Assembly: GCA_023920165.1 (NCBI GenBank) | Contig: CP089275.1 | Span: 5,766,001 to 5,830,000 of the forward strand | Reading direction: 5' to 3' | Source: Curvularia clavata | Taxonomy: Eukaryota | DNA: 64,000 bases | Shown here: positions 32,429 through 44,300 of the stretch, in pieces | Layout: every line of letters starts with the position of its first letter | How positions within the stretch are numbered: the stretch's first letter is position 1 | Program-made: the position numbers and the translations under genes | The notes under the pieces: model-generated | Seen by the model: only the letters and a program-made list of their open reading frames with translations | Told to the model about the DNA's origin: nothing | Databases searched by the model: none

Positions 32429-34869
32429 TCACTTCTCTGCATCAAAAATGACCTTTTGCACCTCCATCCTTTCAAACTTTGCATACCACTTAGGCGCTTC
32501 CGAAAGAGGTACCACTGTCTCCGTCAGAAAGTCTAACTTGTCTTGACACCTACCCAGGCAATCTAATGCATCCTGAAAAACAGACCTAACAGGACACCGC
32601 CCCATATAAAGTCGTATGTTCTTATCGTACCCTTCATCCCATCTGATTAGCAAACACACAGACTCCTAGATACATGTACTCAACCACTCACCCTGTGAAG
32701 CTGTAAAGGGGAATTCGGCGCTGTGCACCCCGATCGAACTGATAACGCCCCCTGGGCGTACCAAGTCATATGCCAGTTGCAAGGCGGATTTCTGTCCTAC
32801 GAGCTCCAAAACAACGTCTACACCCCTACCATTAGTGACGCAGCGAACATGCTCGAATAAATCTGCTTCATTGGTACTATAGTTCTTGGGCTCAGCGCCC
32901 AAGGAGGCGGCATTTTGCAGGCGGGAGGGCACGGCGTCGATTGCAATGAGGTGATTTGGGTGGAAGGTTCCTGCGGCAGCGATGGCGCAGAGTCCGACAG
33001 GCCCACAGCCTATGACTGCAACTATGCATTTTCGTATCTGAGGGGGTTTGAGCTGTGAGAAACCGTTGCGAACGGCGTAGAACTGGGAGAGCAGTTAATC
33101 AAGGTAGACGGGATTAAGCAAAAGTGGGATTTGATGCGGGTTCACTCACGCCTGTCTTGTAGGGAATGTCAGCTTTTGTTGAACTTCAAAAAAGAAATGG
33201 TGACTTTGGTACTTACGGGAAATATATCTGCCATCAAGATGTTGTTTCGTGGAGCAATACCTGGTGGGCTCTTGAAGGCAGTCGTATCAGCAGATGGTAC
33301 CCTCACTTTGGCACACTATCGTCAGCTTCCCCTCTCGAAGTTCCTAGTAAACTTAGAGATATCTTACCATACTGCGCCTGTACGCCTCCTAAATGTTTTG
33401 TCCCATAAACCATGCATGCTTCGCAGCGAGACGACAAACCATTCTCGCAATAGAAACAAGCCCCACTGCCATCGTTAGTAAAACCCTTTAGAGTTGCAAC
33501 AGAAGGAAAGAATACCTACCAACTGATAGTGAACGGAGATACCACTGTATCACCGACCTGGAACCCGTGAACCTTCTTACCAATCTTTACTACGGTCCCC
33601 GAGAACTCATGACCCATAATGAGATCACTACCGCCATCTTCAGTTCCACGATATAGATGCAAATCACTGCCAAAATCAGATCATCGAATGTCTTTCAAAC
33701 CGGATGATCTGCAGGCTTACCTTCCGCAAAGGCCAGAAAGCTGAACCTTCACAATCATATCGCAATCATCCACAATCATAGGCACGGACCTATACTCGAC
33801 CTCAATCTGCCTCACGCCCTTCAATACCACAGCGCGCATTGTCTCTGGAATCACATGCGCCTGGCCCGACAAGTCCACACCCACACTTGCACCATTCTCC
33901 ACTGTAGCAGCAGGCTTAATAGCACCCAACTTCTTGGCCGCCTCAAACGTGGCATTCACAGCGCGGCCAAACCCCTCCCTCACACCCAACTCTTCCAGAA
34001 GTCTCAACCCCTTCTCGGTAGACCCCCCCACTGTCGCAACCTGTTTAATAATATACTCTGGCGTTTGCCCAGTAACAGCAAGTTTGGCTGTACTCCGCAT
34101 CGAAGCAGCTGCAAACATCCGCGCAGAGTCCTCATCGAATCCCTTCGCGACCAAAGCCAGACTCACGCTCTGTAGTACCGCTGCAAAGAAGGCAGGTCCC
34201 GATGCAGTGACTACAGCTGCTGCTTCAATTTTCTCAGGGGGAACTTCGTGCACAGAACCGACATGTTGGAAGAGTTCACACGCCGTCTGTCGCGCGCTTG
34301 CGCTCCCCCCAGAAACAAGCGTCGCGCTTTCGCCTACCAACGCCGCAACATTCGGCAATGCGCGAACAATGTCGCATTGCGCTTCGCCTTCCTCGCCTCC
34401 CAGTGCGGTGCAAAGGTCGGATTCTGTGACGCCGCCGAGGACTGAAATGAGGGTTTTACCGCAAAGAGCAGCCCGAACGCCTGGTGTGCTTAGAATCTCG
34501 CGGTACTGTGAGGATTTGCAGCCCAGGACAATGGTGTTGGCGGCCTGGATTGTGCTTGCGGTTTCGAGGACATGAAGCTGAAGGTTCGTCGTGGGAGAGG
34601 CGCGCAGGATGGATGAGAGGCGGAGTTTGCTTTCAGCGGTGCGGGTCGTGATGTGGAGGGTATGCGTGTCAAGGAATTTGGCGTATAGAAGGCGTTGAAC
34701 GATCGGGGTGCAGATTTTACCTGTGGAAGATAAGGTTAAGTCGTGTCGTCTTGTATCGTAAATCCACAGGAAAAATATCTTGTTGTCTGTTGGCAAATTG
34801 TTCTTGAAGGAACTCACCGCATCCAATGAATGCCAAGCTCTGCTGTCCGATGGTATCTTGTTGCGCCAT
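32429..34869 (-). CDS. Fusion of pyrroline-5-carboxylate reductase-like domain and Zn-dependent (MDR) alcohol dehydrogenase (about 661 aa, 8 exons)
   Basis: The P5CR part has [33 protein letters not shown] and [12 protein letters not shown]. The ADH part has LCGSDLH, MGHEFSG, CGACFYC..SSRC, ADIFPTG and IGCGPVG. Exons are 34869-34818, 34720-33721, 33666-33520, 33465-33368, 33305-33217, 33155-33150, 33082-32692 and 32631-32429 (1986 nt). Confidence 0.85.
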
Positions 34870-35568
34870 AGTGATGAGGTGCATATCACTGTCTTAATGA
34901 CTACAATCTTTACTGGCCTGCCTTTTGAGGACTTTCAAGAATCATTCTATACTTTGCACCTGCTGACATCGCGCCATCCCTACATTCCAGCATAACTAAC
35001 TCAATCGGATGGATTACCTTTAGTTCTCAAACACGACGTTACATGCATGTAACCAGCTCTCGCACTACGCTCTAATTGAATTTTTGGATTAGAAAGAGAA
35101 TTATAATCAAAGCATGTCATCCTACCTAAGTGAATCGAAAAAATCGGACAGCAATGAACAAGTTGGATAACATCATTGCTAAATACATAAGAGAGACAAA
35201 ATCAAGACTTTATTTTTCTCTACCATTTTCTTCTTAATTTCCTCCACCATCAAATCATGTGGAATGGATATAATGATCCGGCTCAAATGCATAAAAGCCC
35301 ACTGTGGCACGAACTCTTGCCCAAGCCAGCAGTAATGTCAGGACAGAACTGAAAAAGGAAATATCTAATTTTTGATTGCTATCCTAAGATTCTGAGTATC
35401 TATATGTGGGGGGGCGCTGATTTGCAGAAGCCGAGGCATGTTGGGCAGGCGGGGTTTACTACCAAGGCTCGGAGACGTTCGTGTTTCGGCTAACAGGTGG
35501 TAGCCAGCAAAAAATCGTGTCAGCGCCACCAGGTCGATGAAGAAAGCTAGGCATCCTCATGACAATGC

Positions 35569-36648
35569 TCAATATGCAGTCAGCAACCTCTTTTTTTGGA
35601 ATTCCAAAGCTGTCATGGTTTCTTTTGCATCTACTGGGTGATCTCCCTGGAACGGCTCCAAAGGCATTACATAGGCTTGACGCGCAGCCTTGCAAAAGTA
35701 CGCGATCGAGTAGCGCTCAGGGACGATGCCGTTACCCTCTGAATCAAGCTTTGTGTCTTTTGGACTCGTAACCCTGTGCAAGCCAGCTGGTAGGGCTTTG
35801 GCAGTCCAGTGTTCCATGGTCTCAGAAATATTGACGATGAGGTCCGTCTTGTCAACCTGCTCCACCTGTATGAATTCCTTTGGACGCTCGCGATCCTCAA
35901 ACTCGAGACCACCGACACAGTCTGTGAACAGGAGTGTGATGACGCCTAAATCATAATGAGGCCATATGCGTTCGACCTTTCTGTCCTCGAGAGCCTTGGC
36001 TGACATCGCTGGGTAGTGGTTGATACGGAACTCGCTCGCGTTAGGTAGGCACTGCTGACGAAAAGTTCCCTCGGGGACGCCCATGGCTTCTTCCAACGCT
36101 TGCATGATCTCGAGGCTCAGCTTCTCGCATATCTGGAAGAAGTCCTCGAGGTGCGCACGAAAGCCAGGCAGTGTGGCTTCGTCGGGCCATCTGCTTTCGA
36201 ACATGTTGTCTTCTGGCGCTCCAAAATCAAAGTGCTCGCGTGCATCTTTGAGATCTTCGGCTACTGAGTGGCCCATAAGTTTTCCGTATAGAGTTGATGT
36301 CTTTTCAGCACCGAGCGTGCTCCATCCACGCTGTGGGCGGGGTCCGGGAGGGTTCAATACTTTGCGCTTCTCCTCGAGCGGAAGGGCGAAGAACCTCTTA
36401 CCCTAGATAGCTTGTTAGTTTCCTATGATTTTCCAGTGTATTGTTTCTCTTGTTTTGTTTGAAGAATCGCGCGGGAAACTCACCCATTCAAAGGCTTCCT
36501 CGACTCTTTGTGAATCGATGCCGTGATTCCTGATCCTTGCGAAACCATTTTTACTTAGCTGCTCCAGCAGGCTCTTGGAATATTGTAACCGTTCCTCAGG
36601 TGTTCCAGTTTGGAATTTAGAGGCATCAAGAAGTATGGATGCGACCAT
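35569..36648 (-). CDS. IPNS-like 2OG-Fe(II) dioxygenase B (332 aa, 2 exons)
   Basis: Motifs GFARIRNHGI, PQRGWS, PHYDLGVITLLF, GLHRV and RYSIAYF. Intron at 36403-36483. Confidence 0.92.
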
Positions 36649-37922
36649 GGTGTTGATTAAAGACTGCGATGAGACTATTCTGCTAATTGATGCACAGCTA
36701 TGTTCAAAATTGTGTTCTCACTTGCAAACATTTCGACCTTTCATATAGATGAAAATCAGTGATGGGTTAAAGCCAGACTTAGCAATCGTAATCGCTTAAC
36801 GTATGGTGTCATCAGTTGCTGACAGTCGATCGGAGCGCACGTCTTATGCATTGCCTCGATATTCCATCACAATCCTGGCTGTCTCTTCGAAACATTCTCA
36901 GTTAGGTAGAGTGGAATCGTATTACTTGGCCCAGATACGTATATACAAATAATCAAAATGTTTAGCACTATCACGAGATGCGCCAAGACGTTACTCGACA
37001 AGCTTGTCAAGCAACTCGTTGTATGCGGGTTGGAAGATAGCGCTTCACCCCGATGAATAGCTATGAATGACGTCTTCTGATCGGTGCCAAGATCAAGAGA
37101 AGAGATTATAGAGAAGAACACCTAGTCTAATCAGAAAGTCATGTTATCTACGGATGTATTTGCTAGTCATACTTCCATGAAGACCTCAAAAACTTGAATT
37201 ACCTTTCAAACTTGCCCTCAGAGAGCGTTTGAAAGCCTCTCTTAGTATGATTACAAATAATAGAAATCGAATCTGACTGTAACAACAGCAGGAAATCTAC
37301 ACTGTTTAAGTCCCTGGCACATGCCCTAAGACGCACGACGCTCTCAAAAACACAACCCGCGGCATATGGTGCACCCAATTCACTAATATTCCTACGTACT
37401 ACGGCATAAAAGTGGGAGATTGTCAACAACAGTAACTAACGACAGGATCAGAATGAATCGTGCAGATCTTTTTGGTTACAGAGAGGGCTATAGTCTTTGT
37501 ACTACAGAGGTGTAGATAGTTTCTTGAGGTCTATGATAGATAAAGACTTGAGAATATTCTGAATGGAGCCAGTGTTTTATCCACTCGTTTGGAGCAGAGT
37601 ATGAAAATGTCAATAGGATATATTATCTATTTCTGTTTTTATCTCCCACAAGTGGAGATTAGCCCAAAATATACATTGTATGAATAAGCGGCAGGCCGCC
37701 CCGTAGCCTACTAAAAATTGAAAGTGAAGATAAATAATACTATGTATCTAAGCAGACATTCGAAACCAAAACCTTTGGCTCTGGATCTTAGGCACTAAAA
37801 TTATTAAAGCTCTTATCTCGAAAAGTTAGTATCAGTCTAGATAGAACTAAGTTATAAAATAATGATGCCTATCTTATTAGACGCCTAATGATAGATGATA
37901 AAATCTATGCTTGATAACTATA

Positions 37923-39777
37923 ACGTGTTGGATAAGCGAGTGAGCCAGGCAAGCGAGTGAGCCACCTCACCAACTTCGCGCATCTATACAAGCGTGTAGC
38001 TCCACCATAGTATAATAATATAGATATATATTAATATAGCAGATTAAGCAGTATCTATAGTATCATTTTTACACGTACGCGAATTATGGCCAGTCTCTCT
38101 ACACCTGCTACAGCGCGTAAAAGCCCAGCGGCTAACACCTGATCGCTCTCCTCCCTGACGCTCTTCATAAGCAATTTGCTCATCAGCCTCGCGTTAAGCA
38201 ATAATATCCTCGCCAGCTCCCTTCGTAAGCACTCCTTGCTTCTATATCCGCTTTCTTTTACGCTCTCTACGCTTTGACGCTGCCTCATTAACTCTCTCAA
38301 GGTTGGCGATCCGCTCGCGCATTAGCTCAGCTAAGAGCATCATTATCTCTGCCCCCTTCTTAAGCTGGCCAATCGCCGCAATAATCGACGCTAGTAATAA
38401 GCTTTTGTGCCGTCGAACACGATCACTTATTAGCGTTGATTAAGCTTCAAGCTCGCGTACGTTGCCTGGCGTACAGGCCTGCCAGAGAGCTTCTGCGAGA
38501 GCAGCTAGAGGAGTAGACGTACGTAGCTGCACGTCAAGCTTTGATAGAACAGTGTCTGGCTGGAGAAGAACAAGGCCTGCACCTCGAAAAGCTGAGCAGA
38601 TATTGGCTGACGTAAACGATTGATTAAAGGCTGCCTTAAATGCTGGCAGAAACTCGAGCTTAGTGATATGGTTGATGTAGTTGCGTATTAGACTCTCCAC
38701 CTCACGGCTATACGCACGCTTCAATGGCGAGAAGCAGCCAACGTCAAGAGGCTGGAGCAGGTGAGACGAGTAAAGCGGCATACAGAGCGTATAGATATTG
38801 TTCTCCTTACAGAGCTCTTAGAACTCAAGTGACTGGTGGCTCTCATGGCCGTCAAGAATAAACAGCCGGCGTGCCCCAACAACCTTGCCATCTGTATGCT
38901 TAACAAAGTGCTTTAGCCACTCAACTCCTAGCTCGTTGGTCGTCCAGCCGTTATCGCTGACTACGATCGCCCAGTCGCGTGGGATCTCTGCCTCCTCGTA
39001 CCAGGCAGATAGGTGATACTTGCCAGTAAAGATCAGAAACGGCGGGATAGACCAGCCGGCTGCGTTAATCCCAGCGATAAATGTCACCCACTCGCGACCA
39101 CCTGGCTGGATAGCCTTTGGCCGAGCTCTTCTTTCTGACGCTGTAACGACAAGCTGAGTAGTAATCTTGCCCATTAAGAAGCCAGCTTCGTCGAAGTTGT
39201 AGACGTCGTCGTCGCAGATGCCGTACTTGGCCTTTATCTACTCTACAAGCTCAAACTAGCTCTTGATTAAGACTGGATCTTCACATAGAGCTCTCTGTCT
39301 ATCGTACGCCCGATTAAAGCGCGTTGTAAGACTGTCTGTACGCTTAACAAAGTTGGCTGGCCACTTCTGCCCAACCTGGCCAGCGCCGCGCGCAGCCAGC
39401 AGCTTATCAGCCATATCGCGCACAGCAGCGTACGCGGGCGCAAATCCACGTGAATCGAGATTGAGTATATGATCAACTATCATCTCCTCTTCTAGCTTAG
39501 TTAGCTTCTTTGAGTTGGGCTGACAATCGCGTCGGGTAGGGCAACCAGCGCGTCGGCGGTGGAGTGTAGCTCGCGAGATATTGAACGTCTTAGCAGCGCA
39601 TCTCTCGGTTTCAATTTGCTTTGTATTAAGAGCTGAAATCGCAAGATACATATCAGCCTCACAAGAGACCTTAGAAGCTTGTTGGGGGGACGCCATAGTT
39701 GATTGAAGTTGAGGCGTTGTGGAAAGTTGGTGAGGTGGCTCACTCGCTTGCCTGGCTCACTCGCTTATCCAACACGT
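37923..39777 (-). mobile_element. Second Fot1/pogo-family DNA transposon, RIP-inactivated
   Basis: 54-bp TIRs (37923-37976, 39724-39777) and TA duplication. Transposase fragments (YNFDEAGF, LDGHESH, HLLQPLDVGCF) are broken by TAA/TAG stops. The TIR sequence differs from the 24.9 kb element. Confidence 0.95.
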
Positions 39778-41374
39778 TAGTTATAATAAATTGATATAGT
39801 ATAGAGTAGTAGAATATCTTACTAATGTCTACAAATCTTCTGTCTTTATAAACTTATTAATAGTATTTTCTAACTAATTTCAATCTCTTATATATCGGAC
39901 AACTTTCTCTAAGTTTTCTTAATTTAACTGTATTACTAAACTGTATGAATCCATCTAGATAGTAAAGGATTACAGTTATTCTTATACTATATACTATATC
40001 TGTAACGGAGTTTCATGTCTATATAGGAACGAGCTGTAGGTTTAATATCCAAGTCGATGGGCATATCCATCTTCTCATCCTCCTGGAACAAAATTTCTAC
40101 AACTTGGAACTCGAGCAACTGGGTGTGATAGCCGTATGCTACCTTACTGGTCTATCTTGTGTAAAATATAATCGTTAATTCAATCTACGAAAATGTAATG
40201 AGATGTGATGGAAAACTCATTCCTCGATGAAAATCAATAGCTCTTTGCTCATCCCCTAGTAGAAATCCTCTAGCGCATTGGTAAGAGGTAAAGAGAGGTG
40301 CATCGGCACTGGCATAAACTGTCCAGCTTTCCTGTCGCAGGCTTCACAAGTGGCAACAAGGTCGCATCTAGGGCGTGTTTCAACTAACATTTTGAACGAC
40401 ATGATATGGTATTCTCTTCAAGGATCAATTGCAAGTTGTTTAGCTTCAAAAACAGGTTCTAGCTCCACTTCCCAACTGCACACATTTTCGTTGTTTCTCT
40501 GTGTGTGTTTTTCCTCGTTGCAATGCGATCATTCGGACCAATCAAGTGGGGCATGTCAGCAAACATGCTGACACCCGCTGTCACTACCTGTCAGCAAGTT
40601 GTTGACATAAGCATGTCAGCCATGCTGACCGTGTACTGTAGATGGAATACGGGATAGCTACAGTACATTGCAGGTCAGCCAGTGTCATCATAACCCATCG
40701 AAGATCATGGTGATTTTGAAACATCGCGCTGAGCTATGCCAAAAAGGTTTCTTTACTCTATTACATCATCACACCGAAACTCTTCATATGTTCTTAACTC
40801 ACTACTATCATATGTTGAGACTCAAAAATATTGTAAGACGTACTTGGAAAAAATAAACACAGAACTCTTTCTAAATTTAATATCATCTTTGAAGGATATA
40901 TAGATAGATTTAATATATGGAAATGAAACAAACTTAGTCTAAATGTCTATTTCTAGGCCAAATTTATAGTAAATATTGACTATGAATCTTGTTTGTGATG
41001 CATCTAGTATCAAAACTCGGAGTTAGAATATAGAGGTAGTATCTATACTTCATCTTTAGGGTACGTACTTGGCGGACACAGTCGAAGCCAGGGTGCGGTA
41101 GTATTCCTAGGTCAAAGACGACAATAGACAACCAGTGCTACTAGTCTTAGACTGCACTGAGTCGTTGGAGTAGTTCAATGCGAGCGGTCGAAATGGCAAA
41201 ATCGACTTAGCGTGGTAGATAGAAGACTTAACGGCAGATGGGGAGACGCATACCTGGACGACAGTGAGACTATAGGCCAAGGGGCGTCGTGAGGATATAC
41301 ATTGATGTAAACGAGATGCTACTTCTCACGTGATAGAACTCTCGCATCTATCTATCCTTTTGTTCCACTTCATT

Positions 41375-44300
41375 TTACTTCAATTTGTTCCTTCCGCTAC
41401 CGCCCAATATCATCTGCTCAATCACATCCCTCTCCCCACTCTTGGCCAGCATGTCACGAAACGCTGCATTGCTCTTCATAAGTCTGGCTGGTGTGTCGCA
41501 CTCGCCACGCCCGTCGTCCATGACAAGGACCTTGTCGAAGTCTGCAATGGTGCTGAGGCGATGAGCAATGACAATCAGTGTCGAGTCTTTGAACTCGTCA
41601 CGGATCGAGCGCTGGATTTTCTGATCCGTTGCCATATCGACGGCTGACGTGGCCTCATCGAGGACCATGATGCGAGGGCGCAACACCATAGCGCGTGCTA
41701 GGCACAGCAGTTGCCGCTGACCCTGTGAAAGATTGAGCCCACCGCGGGCAATTTGGGATTGCAGGTTGCGGAAGATGTTGACGTTGGAGCCTGGTACGTC
41801 TTCATCTTCGTCATCGTCTAGGTCTGAATCGATGAGGTGGACACGACGAAGCGCATCCTTCAGTTCGCCGTCGCTGTGTTTGTCAAATGGGTCGAGGTTG
41901 GAGCGCAACGTGCCCGAAAAGAGAACAGGGTCCTGCGGGATGATGGCGAGTCTGCTGCGGAGATCTGAGAGGCGGATCTTAGAGATGTCCACGCCATCCA
42001 CCATGATGCTGCCCTTCTCTGCCTCGAGAACGCGGAAGATAGCAAGTGAGAGAGACGACTTGCCACTTCCAGTACGGCCTACGACGCCCACACGTTGGCG
42101 CGCTGCGATCGAAAAGGAGAGGCCCTTCAGAACCAAAGGTAGTTCGGGCGCATACTTGGCGTTCAGGTTCCTAACCTCCAATCGTCCTTCCCTCGGCCAA
42201 TCATGTTCGACCGGGTTGCCAGAAGGGTCTTCCGTCTTCATCTCTGTGTACTCGACTACTCGCTCGGCAGAGTTCATGTCAAGCTCAAAGCTGGTGTAGC
42301 GGCTGATGGTCTCGATGGCAATGTATGAGTAATCGAGCACAAAGCCCAGCGTGAAGCCTGCAAGGGAGGCGCTGATGCCGTCAATACTGATGACGACGGC
42401 AGCAACGACAAAGGTGAAGATGCTACCAGACAAACCCTGTCGGAAAGACATCCAACGGGAAGCAAGAAGCAGATGCCAAGTTGTACGGCCGTAGTCATCG
42501 ATGCGATCAAACATGCGGTCCATGTACTCGTCCACCTTGCCAAAGCTACGCACCGTAGCCAGACCTGCCAGAGAAGAGCCCAAAAGTTCGAAAATCGGTG
42601 ACTTTGCATTGCTCTCTAACCGCTTGATATCTCGCACACCCTCGAGATATACATTGGCGTAATATAGACTGACCACGGCAAATATGGCTATGGGAGCTAT
42701 CATCATCAGCGAGACAAATAATGCTGATCCAATAATGGTGATGATGATCAAGAACCCATGGAAGGCCCAGTTGAAATCTCCAGCAAGACGCGAGTCCACC
42801 AGTGCAAAGTCACTGACGAACCGGTTCATGATGCGGCCGGTAGGAACAGTGTCCAGCCAGCGTAGCGGCGCTCGAAGGACTGTGTGCGTGATGGTTTCGA
42901 ACAGTTTGCGGGAGGCCCGAATCGATGCTCGCAGAACCATTAGGGACTTGACAGCGATAAGAAGTGCTGCCAACGCAGAAAGAACGATGTATACAGCGAG
43001 GTAGTATTTGATTCCGCGATGATCGGCGTCCGGTGACGACTGCGCCTTGGCAAGGTCCTTTTGCGTCCAGTGCTTGACCCAGTACGACCGGCCCAGCATC
43101 GATAGGGCAGAAACGACATAAATGCTAATCACCAGAGTCCAGTACTTGGTACCGCCCGAAGAGCCCATATAGACCTTGAACACGTTTAGCCTAACTCGAC
43201 CCTTCTCTCTGAATTCATCTTGCACAAATTTCATGGGTGCATCGGCTTTTTTGGTATCGTCCAATTCGACGTCGTTCAAAGCAGCTTTTGCATTGTCTGA
43301 CGCAGCAGTCTGAGATGAAACATGCCCCAAAGACTTGAGTGTGGGTGTGTGACGGGTAGCTCTCCTCACTCCTCCCTCACCCAGCTCTACGATGTAATTT
43401 GCCAAGGACGAGACCAGGCCGACGTGATGTGTGACGAGGATGCGCGTTCGCCCTTGCATGAGGTCTCCATGGAGAGCATGATTCAGAATGTGCTGTCCAA
43501 CATGGGCGTCTACGGCACTGAAGATGTCATCGAGCACGAGAATGCCGGCGCGAGAGTACAATGCGCGGGCCAGTGTCACTCTCCAGCGCTGGCCACCGCT
43601 GAGATTGATACCACTTGCGCCAATCTCTGTGTCTTCACCATCCGGTAGCATATCCAAGTCCTTGGTCAGCGCACATGCGTCGAGCACTTTGCGATAGCGC
43701 GACCTGACGTAAGGCAGTCCGAAGAGAACATTGTCCTTGAGCGATGCATTCTCAATCCAGGGGATCTGGGCGACAAAACCCATCAGAGACGGGACAATCC
43801 AGTCATGCTGTGAGATGGCGATGGGGGCATGATGATGACTAGAGGGTGGTCGGGGTGCGCTAACGCTGCCTGAAATGATATCGGCTTCACCGAGTATGGC
43901 TGCCAGCAGAAGACTCTTGCCCGAACCCGTTTTGCCATGAACAACACTGAATTCGTTATTTGGAAAGCGCAAATTGATGTCTCTCAACCGAAAGGAACCC
44001 TCAGCCTCGTTCTGCGAAGGCCACGAGATGGTAGCATGTTCGAAGGCCACACAGTCTCCGGATTGGGGTGGCTTGCGTTCATTGGGTTGTTTGAGATGCT
44101 GCTCGATTCTAGAAAGACTTACTTTTGCGTCTAGCAGCTCGGTAATAGTGGTGGGGACAACGCTGAGGGTCCATTCAAGGCTGGAAAAGACGGAGAGAGC
44201 CGTGAATGCAATGGCGGGAGTAACGGAGCCGTTGATCCAGGCGTAGGCACCCAAGGCTGCGGCTCCAAGAAGAATCGGCATGGACAGCCACGTAAATGTC

